From assembly GCA_951406725.2 (NCBI GenBank), contig OX597834.1, forward strand, positions 10,230,001 to 10,294,000: 64,000 nt of DNA, written 5' to 3'. Below are positions 53,575-64,000 of this stretch, piece after piece. The DNA is from Octopus vulgaris (Eukaryota). Position 1 is the stretch's first letter, and each line of letters begins with the position of its first letter. Under the pieces are notes generated by a model, which was given only the letters and a program-made list of their open reading frames with translations, made no database searches and had not been told where the DNA came from. The position numbers and the translations under genes are program-made.

Positions 53575-53960
53575 GATTTCTTTATTGGCCGCGCAGGGCT
53601 GAACACAGAAGGGACATAATACAAAGTAGAGCTTTTCTTTTTGGGAAAAAATGTGGGGACGATCAATAGGGATCGTGTATCAGAGAAATGTCAATGTAAA
53701 AAGGGAAAACAGATTAGGTTTGTCCGTGGATAGAAAAACCTACGGAAAAGACCACAGGAACCTTGGGCAATAGTGTCATGAAAAAAGAAAGCACATTACA
53801 ATAAGTGGCCATCTTTTCCTTTCGTTTTTTTTTCCATTGGATTATTCTCAAGCTGGCTCTGTCATTCAAACTTGCCATCCTTGCTACATTCACTCATCTT
53901 TTTTTGAAACATTCCCTAGACAAAACTTCCCTCTCTACTCGCACCTTCCTCTTCCAAATA
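53575..53960 (-). mobile_element. L1/Tx1-like LINE 3' end
   Basis: Minus strand RKVRVEREVLSRECFKKR*VNVARM, then a 3' UTR ending AAAAGCTCTACTTTGT...CAGCCCTGCGCGGCCAATAAAGAAAT. The same terminus occurs at about 15552-15617 and 39791-39856. Confidence 0.55.
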
Positions 53961-54404
53961 GATAGATAGATCAATTTGAGTGCATCTATAAACGTATGAG
54001 CATAAATAACGATCACTGATGTTTTTCAGCAAAAGATACATGCATCACTTAATCCCCCTATCCTTTGAAAAGAGTGTCCCTTAAGGTGCTTGTTCGGTAT
54101 CAATTAATCTATATTCCTTTGTTCCTATCTCCATCAATGTGATTCTGTGATTAGTCAGTTTGTATTTTTTGGTACAAGTCCATCAATTTTGGTAGTCACT
54201 TTTGTAGTAGTAGTTGTAGTAGTAGGTGTAGGTGTCCCGGGAATGTGGGGTATTTTCTATGGAGCTATACATGTGAACATGCATCGCTATGTAACTTACA
54301 CATGCACGAGGAGGTTAATACATGTGAACGTTTATTTACTGAAATATGTAAAACATTTCGTGTTTTTTTCTTTCTTCATAATTGTTTCGTTTTGACTGTT
54401 TCAG

Positions 54405-54575
54405 GATCTAACCCTCATCGACTTAGAAGAATTTAAGTACGGAGGCGCAAATATCACAGCTGTTCGAATGATTGATTCTCTCCGTCCCTTTGTGTCTGAG
54501 GTGACCCAGGATTGGGTTATGGAGGAAAAACGAACTGGTAACTCTCCCATTAAGGGATTAAAAACTGAAATACCA
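54405..54575 (+). CDS. GRIK2-like: Internal coding exon (171 bp) of the same kainate-type receptor
   Basis: TGTTTCAG acceptor, CCA|GTAAGT donor, phase 0/0. Reads DLTLIDLEEFKYGGANITAVRMIDSLRPFVSEVTQDWVMEEKRTGNSPIKGLKTEIP, compared with kainate [23 protein letters not shown]...W.MER. The N-x-T sequon is conserved. Confidence 0.93.
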
Positions 54576-54699
54576 GTAAGTATACAGTTCTTTGTATTAT
54601 ATATTTATCCCACTCTTTCACCACTTATTCTGCATCTCTCTCTTATTATTGCTCTTACTTTCACTCACTCACTCTAAACACACATGCATCCGCACATAG

Positions 54700-55020
54700 A
54701 TACATGGATGACACCCTTCGATCACGAATGACAATGGGATTGCAGTCGGAAATTTTCCCTCCCTGGTAAAAGTCCGGGCAAGATTGTTTGTGGAAGATCT
54801 GAATTCAGTCATGCATACCAGCGTCTCGTCTCCACGACGCCGATGTCGTCTGAGGGAGAGGCAAAGGCTGATACAGCTTGGCACCAGTGACGTTGCTATT
54901 CATTTCTGCAGCTGAGTGAACTGGAGCAACGTGAAATAGGTATCTTGCCCAAGAACACAACGCAAAGCCAGAACAGATTATAAACCCGATGTTATAACCA
55001 CTGAGTCACGCGCCTTCACA
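54700..55020 (-). mobile_element. SINE with a family D-like head and a different tail
   Basis: Minus strand GTGAAGGCGCGTGACTCAGTGGTTA...TTCACGTTGCTCCAGTTCACTCAGCTG, then an unrelated 3' part. Confidence 0.65.
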
Positions 55021-55172
55021 CACGCTTATGGTACTTAAGTCAAAGGCACCAGAATTTTGTATGATATTATCCATATAAATCCATGAGGTTATTACAATCA
55101 AAATAAGCAACAAATATATCCGAGGTAGAGTGGTACAATTGTTTCATGCTACTTCATTTTATTAAACACTGT

Positions 55173-55630
55173 GTGTAAGTAGTGGCGCGCGCACACATTA
55201 GCCATTTGAAAAGACTATGGAATTTACATGTGTGTAGTAGTGGCGCGCGCGCACACATTATTAGCCATCTGAAAAGACTTTGGAATTTACAATTAACTGC
55301 ACCAGGGAACCAGACCTAATGGTATACCTGCGGATGTAGGTCCAGCCCCTGCTTTGCCGGGTCCTGTCTGATCACGTTGCACCTCCAAGGGCATCCATTG
55401 ACGGTGATGCCCTCAATCTTAACAGACGGGTATCACCTGATGGAGAAGAGTCAGCTCCCAACCAAACAACACCAAACAAACACCCACTCTCCTACCCTGA
55501 TGTAATCTCCAGGGATACAGGCATCCAGCAACAGGACCTCCGTAATGCCATGATGGACCGTGAAGTCTGGCGTAGCATGGTAAATTCCATTGTCTCGACC
55601 ACGGTCGACCAATAATTATAATAATAATAA
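55173..55630 (+). mobile_element. Short RTE-derived insertion with an (AAT)n tail
   Basis: LSYPDVISRDTGIQQQDLRNAMMDREVWRSMV RTE-type C-terminus. Flanked by TAAACACTGT direct repeats (55163-55172, 55631-55640). Confidence 0.7.
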
Positions 55631-56607
55631 TAAACACTGTAAGCATTACATCAGTTTTAAAATGTCGAGCAATCTTCAGCCACCTTTAGAGATTTTCCAA
55701 TCAAACGGACAATGCACATTCTTATCTCTATTTCGTTTGCCAACATTATAAAGAGGGTAGATATACAGACAGAGAGGTTGATTTCATTCTTAAGAATATG
55801 ATATTAAATCTACTCTCTGACTGTAGATTTTAACTTTGCTATTTAGATCTAACAGTAGGGAGGGGGATTTTTGGTTGGATGGAAACAAAGAATTTTTGTT
55901 TATAGATATAGGAAGGGGTAGAACTAATGTGAAAATTCACAAATCTAATCCTATTCAGGATTATATAAATATATATATATATATATATGACCAGCGATGT
56001 GTAACAACATCTGATGGTCTGGTAGGTCACCTGATATATATATATTATCGCTGCAAGTTGGATACCTGTTTAAATCTAGGAAACATTCAAATATCAAATA
56101 TCACAGTACTCATCAATGCAGAGAAAAAATAATAGGAACTTAAAAAAAAGAGCGGAAAAGTTGGATCTATGAGTTTAATAATTGAGAGGATTACATCACT
56201 ATCACACATAGACAGGAACAGATAATCATGAAACTCAGATATAACTTCTCTGCTGGTTTTTAAAGTTCCTATTACTTTTTCTCTGTACTGATGAGTAATG
56301 CGATATTTGCAAATTCAAAAATGAATTTAAATCTATGTATGAAACGGTTGTATGCATAAATAAATATTTCACAACTTTTTAACATCTTATCTCCTCCATA
56401 TGATTGGATTTGTAAAACTTCATCCCATAGATTAATTATGCACTTAATATTCTGATACTACTTTTCATATCTTCGCTAATTAACACCAGTAAACTCTCAG
56501 CAAAGTATAAAGAATCAGCATTAGAAATCTTTTTTTGGAAACCACTCCAATTAAAGCACGAATCCACATTCAACCTATTACATACGAATATGTGTGCACA
56601 CACACAC

Positions 56608-56643
<36 letters not shown>

Positions 56644-56644
<1 letters not shown>

Positions 56645-57018
56645 CTCTTTTACTTGTTTGTCATTTTGACTGCGGCCATGCTGGAGCACCGCCTTTAGTC
56701 GAGCAAATCGACCCCTGAACTTATTCATTGTACGCCCAGTACTTATTCTATCGGTCTCTTTTGCCGAACCGCTAAGTGACGGGGACGTAAACACACCAGC
56801 ATCGGTTGTCAAGCACTGCTAGGGGGACAAACACACACACATATACATTTATATATACGACGGGCTTCTTTCAGTTTCCGTCTACCAAATCCACTCACAA
56901 GGCATTGGTCGGCCCGGGGCTATAACAGAAGACACTTGCCCAAGATGCCACGCAGTGGGACTGAACCCGGAACCATGTGGTTGGTTAGCAAGCTACTTAC
57001 CACACAGCCACTCCTGCG
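56644..57018 (-). mobile_element. SINE family A
   Basis: Full-length reverse copy. Confidence 0.9.
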
Positions 57019-57034
57019 TCTCTCTCTCTCTCTA

Positions 57035-57064
<30 letters not shown>

Positions 57065-57066
<2 letters not shown>

Positions 57067-57171
57067 ATGTATGTATATATATATATTAGTATACCATATA
57101 TACATACGTGCATGTATATATATGTATGTATGTATATATATATTAGTATACCATATATACATACGTGCATG

Positions 57172-57202
<31 letters not shown>

Positions 57203-57418
57203 ATATATATATATATATATTATATATACCATATATACATACGTGCATGTATATATATATATATATGTATGTATATATATATATATATTAGTATGTATAT
57301 ATATATATATTAGTATACCATATATACATACGTGCATGTATATATATATATATGTATGTATATATATATATATTAGTATGTATATATATATATTAGTATA
57401 CCATATATACATACGTGC

Positions 57419-57465
<47 letters not shown>

Positions 57466-57487
57466 TATACCATATATACATACGTGC

Positions 57488-57525
<38 letters not shown>
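57065..57525. repeat. Compound minisatellite TTAGTATACCATATATACATACGTGCATG + (TA)n
   Basis: About six constant blocks with variable TA spacers. Confidence 0.88.
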
Positions 57526-57530
<5 letters not shown>

Positions 57531-58646
57531 GTGTTAGAAATTTGTAATACCAGGTTCTTTTCATCTATACATGATCGACATGCATTTGTTCGTTTACCTA
57601 TCGCAGACAGAACATTATACTGAAATCAACGAACGTAATGTTCTTTCAATTTTCACATATAACAAAAATAATTTCGTCGTTTTTCCTCTTTCCTATATAA
57701 TTGAAGGAAGAACTATGATTGAATTATCTTCTCTTTTTTTTTTTTTTTTTTGTTTTCGCTTTTTACATCACACTATATCTACATGGTATTTACGTACGAT
57801 ATTAAATTTCGATTTAGTGGAAATGGCGTCTCTTTCCTATATTTGATTGCTTCAACATTATATGACGAATAGTGAAAACATACAATTGCATTTCTTTTTG
57901 TACAATTAGCTTTATGTAATTCAGTTTATTTATAAGGTGCATTATTCTTTTCATATTGTGAGTACAGCTGTAACTGAGTTTACGTCCCCATGTATTATGA
58001 AGTTAGTCCTACTATACTAATTAATGGATATTGCCTTATCTGTTAAAACTAGGACACTTAGCACTATTCGACCAAAAATTGTTAGAAGAATTATTGCATT
58101 TTTCTTAGTCTTTGATATGGGAGATATTTGGGGGGGAAAATGTGTTCATAAATGAAGATCCCCTATCTGGAAATTATTTTTCTTTTTCCTTTTTTTTGAA
58201 AGTAGCAATATTTTTGTAACATTTCTTTATCTGACGACAGGTTGCATATTCTGTTAGTGTAATTAAGGTTCTCACACTGGTTAACTCCCACAATCCAATG
58301 AAAATAACTTATCTCTATTCGCATTTCTACGTAGTGAATTACGTTGTTTAAGATACTTTTTAATCAGGCTTGCAAAACTTGCAGTTTATTGTATATATAC
58401 ATACTACATGTATATAACTGCGCGCACGTGTGTGTATGTGGATTTATGTTTATGTGTGTACATGTGTGTATGTGCCCGTGTGCATTTGTGTGTCTATGTG
58501 TATATATGTGTATTTTGTGTGCATTTCTATATGCATGCGTTCTCTAATTTTCTACATATCACCTTTGTTTTCGTCTGAATGTATCTTAGTATACAAATGA
58601 TCATCAAACACAAAACACTGGTGCATTAACTATTATCGATAATATA

Positions 58647-58709
<63 letters not shown>

Positions 58710-58714
<5 letters not shown>

Positions 58715-59106
58715 CGCAGGAGTGGCTGTGTGTTAAGTAGCTTGCTAACCAACCACATGGTTCCGGGTTCAGTCCCACTGCATGGCATCTTGGGCAAGTG
58801 TCTTCTGCTAAAGCCCCGGGCCGACCAATGCCTTGTCAGTGGATTTGGTAGACGGAAACTGAAAGAAGCCTGTCGTATATATGTATATATATATATGTGT
58901 GTGTGTGTGTGTCTGTCTCCCTAGTATTGCTTGACAACCGATGCTGGTGTGTTTACGTCTCCGTCACTCAGCGGTTCGGCAAAAGTGACCGATAGAATAA
59001 GTACTGGGTTTACAAGGAGTGGGTCGCGGGGTCGATTTTCTCGACTAAAGGCGGTGCTCCAGCATGGCCACAGTCAAATGACTGAAACAAGTAAAAGAGA
59101 AAAGAG
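58710..59106 (+). mobile_element. SINE family A
   Basis: Full-length copy between (TA)n tracts. Confidence 0.92.
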
Positions 59107-59110
59107 ATAA

Positions 59111-59163
<53 letters not shown>

Positions 59164-59167
<4 letters not shown>

Positions 59168-59711
59168 TTTGTCCGGAAAGTTCATGCCGATTTTTAAAGG
59201 AAAGAAAAAGGTCAATAAATAATTAACAGTACAATTTTAATCAACCAAATATGAACCATTTTGTTGCACAATACGTCTCCATCTTTCCTTTTAACTTAAA
59301 AATACCCTCTACCCAGAATTGAGGTGGTTTCATAGGAAAGAATTCATCAAGGTATCTTTTTAAATCAACCAAGGAATTGGAATTTTTACCATTAAGACTA
59401 TTTTGCACAGACCTGAATAAGTGGAAATCCGAAGGAGCAATATCTGGTGAATATGGAGGGTGGGGTAACACATCCCACCCGAGCTGCAGCAATTTTTGTG
59501 TGCTTCCCAAAGCATCAAGTGCCGAAAATGAAATTTCTTATCTTCCATTTTAAAGAGTTACAGAATTAACACAGGTTATAGGAACATAAACCTTCTTTCA
59601 CGAAAAGATGGCTTAAACTGTGCTCTAAATCCTATTTTATGAACCTAAACATCTTCTAAAATAAGTCGAAAGGTAACTACTATAAATCGGCACGAACTTT
59701 TTGGACACCCA

Positions 59712-59712
<1 letters not shown>
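59164..59712 (-). mobile_element. Internally deleted mariner (Tc1/mariner) transposon
   Basis: TA|TTGGTTTGTCCGGAAAGTTCATGCCGATTT ... AAATCGGCACGAACTTTTTGGACACCCAA|TA. The transposase N-terminus MEDKKFHFRHLML is fused to the C-terminal LGWDVLPHPPYSPDIAPSDFHLF motif. Confidence 0.92.
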
Positions 59713-59764
<52 letters not shown>

Positions 59765-61185
59765 TATGTATGTATGTATATGTGTGCATATAAAAGTGAG
59801 TAAAAGAGAAGAGAGAAGTAGGAGTAGATGAAGAGAATCGTTTTAACTCTTTATCGAACTTTTGCCTGTTGATTTCAAATAGCTAAAACATTTGTTAATT
59901 AAATAGTCTCTCCAAATTACATTTACATTTTTCTTTTTCCTCAACGGCTTCGCAACACTGCCACGGACACACTGTGTTCAGAATTGAGCTTTTTGCTCCA
60001 CTGCCCTCGGTGCAATAATCTCATTAATAATAAATATATATAATTGCACATGTTTGTTTTATTTCAGTCAAAGTTGAACGATAACATCATTTCAACTTAT
60101 ATTCTGCTGAAATTTATTGCACAATAGCTGATGTAGTAAATATTCAATTGTTTACTGATTTTAACGTTCGGAAAATCAAACTTTATGTTCTCTATTTTAT
60201 ATCCTATTAGTCTGGAACTCATTTCTAATATAATTTACCAACTGATAATTTATATACTACAAATTGAACTTTGTGTAAATCTTTCATTCATATGTCCTTT
60301 AATCTATATTTTAATTTTGGTTTCAACAATCTGTTAAACACTGCTCTGTTTTAATTTAAATTACATTTATTGGGTTGCTAGTAGAATTATTTTACTCATT
60401 CTGTTGTTTGTAGTTTATGCCTCATTACGTTAAATCCAAAGACTATGAAACTAAAAGAACAAAACTCAATAGTAGATTTCAATGAATTATGAATATATTC
60501 TTTTGAAAATTCCTTATGAAATTTGGAGATAATGCTGATTATTACTTCTTTGGTGTACTAAGCGTTTAAATATAATTGATATCTTCAATTGTTGCATTCT
60601 TCAGATAATATTACTATTGTATATGAAAGACTTTGATATCAGAAATATATAAAGTAAAGCGATAATCAATAATATTGTTTGATCTTAGAAAGCAAACACA
60701 TCAATAATTTTCTACTCTCAGTGGATGTCTAGCCAAAAATGAATGTCTATTTACTGGCCATTACTACCCGCTGTGGCAATGGTTCCGATTTCTGTGAGGT
60801 TGAATGGATGTGAAGCAGATCATTCTCTTTGAGAGAGAGCCAGTCTTTTGCAAGTAGATTTACCCTGCAGATAGCGTTAACCCTTCACTGTCGGCTAACG
60901 AGTTATTCGATAATTTTAAAGTGCATCTACAGATTTTACATATTTGAAATGCAGCTATATAAATTTGTGTCTTTCCCTTGCATTTATATAAACTTATATA
61001 TTATTTAACCATCGTACTGAAGAATATGAAACAATGCTTTTCCTGTTTGCAGTTCACATAAATATCAACTTGGTAATTATGAATTTCAGCGTTCCAAAAA
61101 TTACACCAACTAAATTAGTTACTAGACACAACAATTTGAAATTGTCTAACTTGTATGTATGTATGCATGTATATATATATATATA

Positions 61186-61497
61186 TCACGTCACGTGACC
61201 GACCAGTCCATCAGGTGTAGTTACACATCGCTGGTCACAATGCGTTCGCATTGTTTTAGCCTTCGAATGACGCCACCCCGCTGGCTAAGCGAGCAGGCCA
61301 ACAGAAGAAAGAGTGGGAGAAAGAGTGGTGAAAGAGTGGTGAAAGAGTACAGCAAGGATCACCACCCCCTGCCGGAGCCTCGTGGAGCTTTTAGGTGTTT
61401 TCGCTCAATAAACACTCACAACGCCCGGTCTGGGAATCGAAACCGTGATCCTACGACCGCGAGTCCGCTGCGATAACCACTTGGCCATTGCACCTCC

Positions 61498-61498
<1 letters not shown>
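61186..61498 (-). mobile_element. SINE family C head with an alternative tail
   Basis: 5' half matches 46365-46526, 3' half differs. Confidence 0.82.
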
Positions 61499-61534
<36 letters not shown>

Positions 61535-61792
61535 TATCCGCTCAGTCGAAGTCGACTCTCGGTCACACGTTGGATCAGTGTCCTCCAGTCAGTTCTATCC
61601 TGGGCCGCTTCCTTCAGATTGGCCATGTCCATTTCGGTATCACTCCTGATGGTGTCAAGCCAGCGGGGTCTTGGTCGGCCTCTTCCTCTCTTGCCACTGA
61701 CCATTCCGAGCATGATATCCTTCTCCAGGGATTCTCTCCGCATATGACCGAAATATGCCAATCTACGCTTGGTGATCTCAGCTTCTAGCGAC
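61535..61792 (-). mobile_element. RTE (BovB-like) LINE 3' end
   Basis: SLEAEITKRRLAYFGHMRRESLEKDIMLGMVSGKRGRGRPRPRWLDTI...DRTDWRTLIQRVTESRLRL. Confidence 0.88.
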
Positions 61793-62799
61793 ATTTTATA
61801 TATAGATTTACAGAGAGTTCATTGGTGATTCGATATGTTCAGCTGTTGCAAACGTGTCGAATCTAACGCCTCGAGAATTAGCTTATATCACTGATTAAGG
61901 AATTACATATTTTATCAAAACTCCAATAAGAGGGACACAAGAGGTGATTATATTATAGGTATAGTGGTCACCTCCTGTTGTTCGGGATTTTCTTGAGGGT
62001 AACTAGAGAGAACGTATGTGAGTGCAAGTGAGAAAGGAAGAGTAATAGAGAAAGTGAGGAAAAGAGACAAAATGAGAGAGGGTGACAAAATGAGAGAATG
62101 TGGGTCGTTGGCCGCGTACATCAAATAAAATACGCTGATTAGTTTTTTTCTTTCGTCGCTTAGAACGATAACATAAATTTCACAATGAATGCATGCTTCT
62201 CTTGTTATCGTATTATTATCATCTAAATTAATGAGGTAATGATTGAAGTAAAAAAAATGAACAAGTGAGCTGCTTAATCTCGGAAAACAGTAGCGGTTGA
62301 AAGAGTCTATCGAGAACCAATTTATTGAGACGTTTTCATCTTGCAAACGTTACGATAACAACGATTATTGTATGGTGAAATAACAATACGTTTTCGCTTG
62401 TATTCCGTTGAGGTAATCAGTGAACTAAAAGAATGCAAAATAACACTAAAATATAATTAAACGCCGTGATATTTTTTTTTTAAATACTAAATATGCTAAT
62501 TATTATGTATAAATTCGTCATCGCTACATTAGCTAATCACATAGGAGTCTATGCTTCGGTGTAGAGGTGTCGAATGAGATCAAGTTTGCATATGACGTCA
62601 AGGGCCATTACTTTCTCCGCACTCCAGGTATCTGGTGTGCAAGCACTTGAGAACGATGAGCATATGTTAAATATAATTTCTCAGAATAAGGGAGAAATGT
62701 AAGAGGAAGGATGAAAAAACATTAATACATACACGTGCATACATTAATACATACATATATGCCTTTGTGTCTGTATACACGCGCACACAAACTCATATT

Positions 62800-62860
<61 letters not shown>

Positions 62861-62864
62861 ATAT

Positions 62865-63157
62865 GCGGCAGCTTGGGTTTCAGTGGATCACGGCTCTTTG
62901 GCCTCCTCCCTAAATGCCCGAGGGACTTGCATGGTGTGGATGTAGGTTTCTTTAAAACTAAACTTCTTGCCGGGAGTCCCAGATGAACCTACCTCACAAC
63001 AGGAGACGCAGATGCGGGCAAGAGCATCGAACTACCTTGTTGATCAAGTGCCACGTATCAGAGGTGGATTCACATATTAGTGTAGCTCATTCAGCGGTGG
63101 TGCCCCAGCATGGCCGCGGCCTTCGGGCTAAAACATTTTAAGGGATTTTAAGGATTT
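62865..63157 (+). mobile_element. CR1/L2-group LINE 3' end
   Basis: SLGFSGSRLFGLLPKC.RDL...FKTKL...PDEP-type C-terminus, then GGTGGTGCCCCAGCATGGCCGCGG and a short tandem tail. Confidence 0.6.
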
Positions 63158-63252
63158 ATATATATATATATATACATATATTATTTGGGTTGAATCAGTC
63201 ACTTGCTACGCTGAGTTTTACCTGTAGCACACAGGATCTATATGTGTGTGTA

Positions 63253-63329
<77 letters not shown>

Positions 63330-63752
63330 AGATAAGTAACAAAGATGTACAGGTGTAAATACAGTTCGGCCATTTCAAGCTAGCCCATTGAATTGATCAG
63401 TGAAAACATCGATTTGAAAGAATCCGCTCTCTTCACTAAAATGGACTCACTTGAAAGAGCCGTAATATAATTGACACCTATAAATCTTTCTTACCTATTT
63501 GCATTCAGTTCACACATCTTGGAGCTGTAAGGACTACACCAAACTGGCAACGTGCCTCAATTTAAATATTTAATTCAACTGAGTCTTAATCATATATATA
63601 TATATATTACAGGCATCCCCTCACATACACACACTAAATAAACATAGACGCACATAGAGATATAAGCATGCGCAAATGAAGACATACAATAGAAATACAA
63701 AATGGCTGACGGTTAGTAAGGAGAGACACAAATAAGAAAGAAGAAAACAAAG

Positions 63753-63796
63753 GACCACTGATGCGGTCACAGGAGTGTGACGAAAGAACTCTGGCC
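63753..63796 (+). ncRNA. Minimal hammerhead motif (family H2), A9 changed to C
   Basis: gacca CTGATGC ggtcacaggagtgtgac GAAA gaactc tggcc. Identical to 6850-6893 except for one core base. Element body continues to about 63885. Confidence 0.75.
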
Positions 63797-63886
63797 GAAA
63801 TAAGATTAATGTAAAAAATAAATAACACCAAATATATAGTGCGTGTGTTTTTATTGGCTAAACTGGCAATATGACCATTCCAAAAT

Positions 63887-63943
<57 letters not shown>

Positions 63944-64000
63944 CTTCCCCAGTATACTTAGCTTTCTGCTTTGTTCCCGTTTCTCCATTGACAGTCTTTC

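Noticed and set aside
54468-54677. ORF MIDSLRPF... as a standalone gene
   Set aside because: It is the 3' part of the third receptor exon read through the donor site into the intron.
540-58924. Recurring peptide [45 protein letters not shown]
   Set aside because: Antisense translation of SINE family A, not a gene family.
61015-61040. CTGAAGA atat GAAAC
   Set aside because: Stem II of 4 nt cannot form. Likely chance.

Overview
AT-rich, microsatellite-dense animal genomic DNA, very probably from an octopus (inferred from the SINE families and the (TA)n/(TACA)n load). The window lies inside one + strand gene for a kainate-type ionotropic glutamate receptor (GRIK-like). Three amino-terminal-domain exons are present (1298-1479, 10975-11028, 54405-54575), separated by introns of 9.5 kb and 43.4 kb, plus a decayed duplicate of the first exon (3927-4079). 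Almost all supplied ORFs are microsatellite or SINE artefacts. The introns hold several tRNA-derived SINE families, RTE, Tx1-like and CR1-like LINE remnants, a deleted mariner, MITEs and non-autonomous Helitrons. The most notable feature is a set of short non-coding elements, probably Penelope-like, that carry minimal type I hammerhead ribozyme motifs and often form long head-to-head hairpins. One family has a compensatory U3:A8 core. One element joins a tRNA-like head to a hammerhead. Most copies on the host sense strand are damaged or buried in hairpins. All calls were made by eye, with no searches or folding runs.
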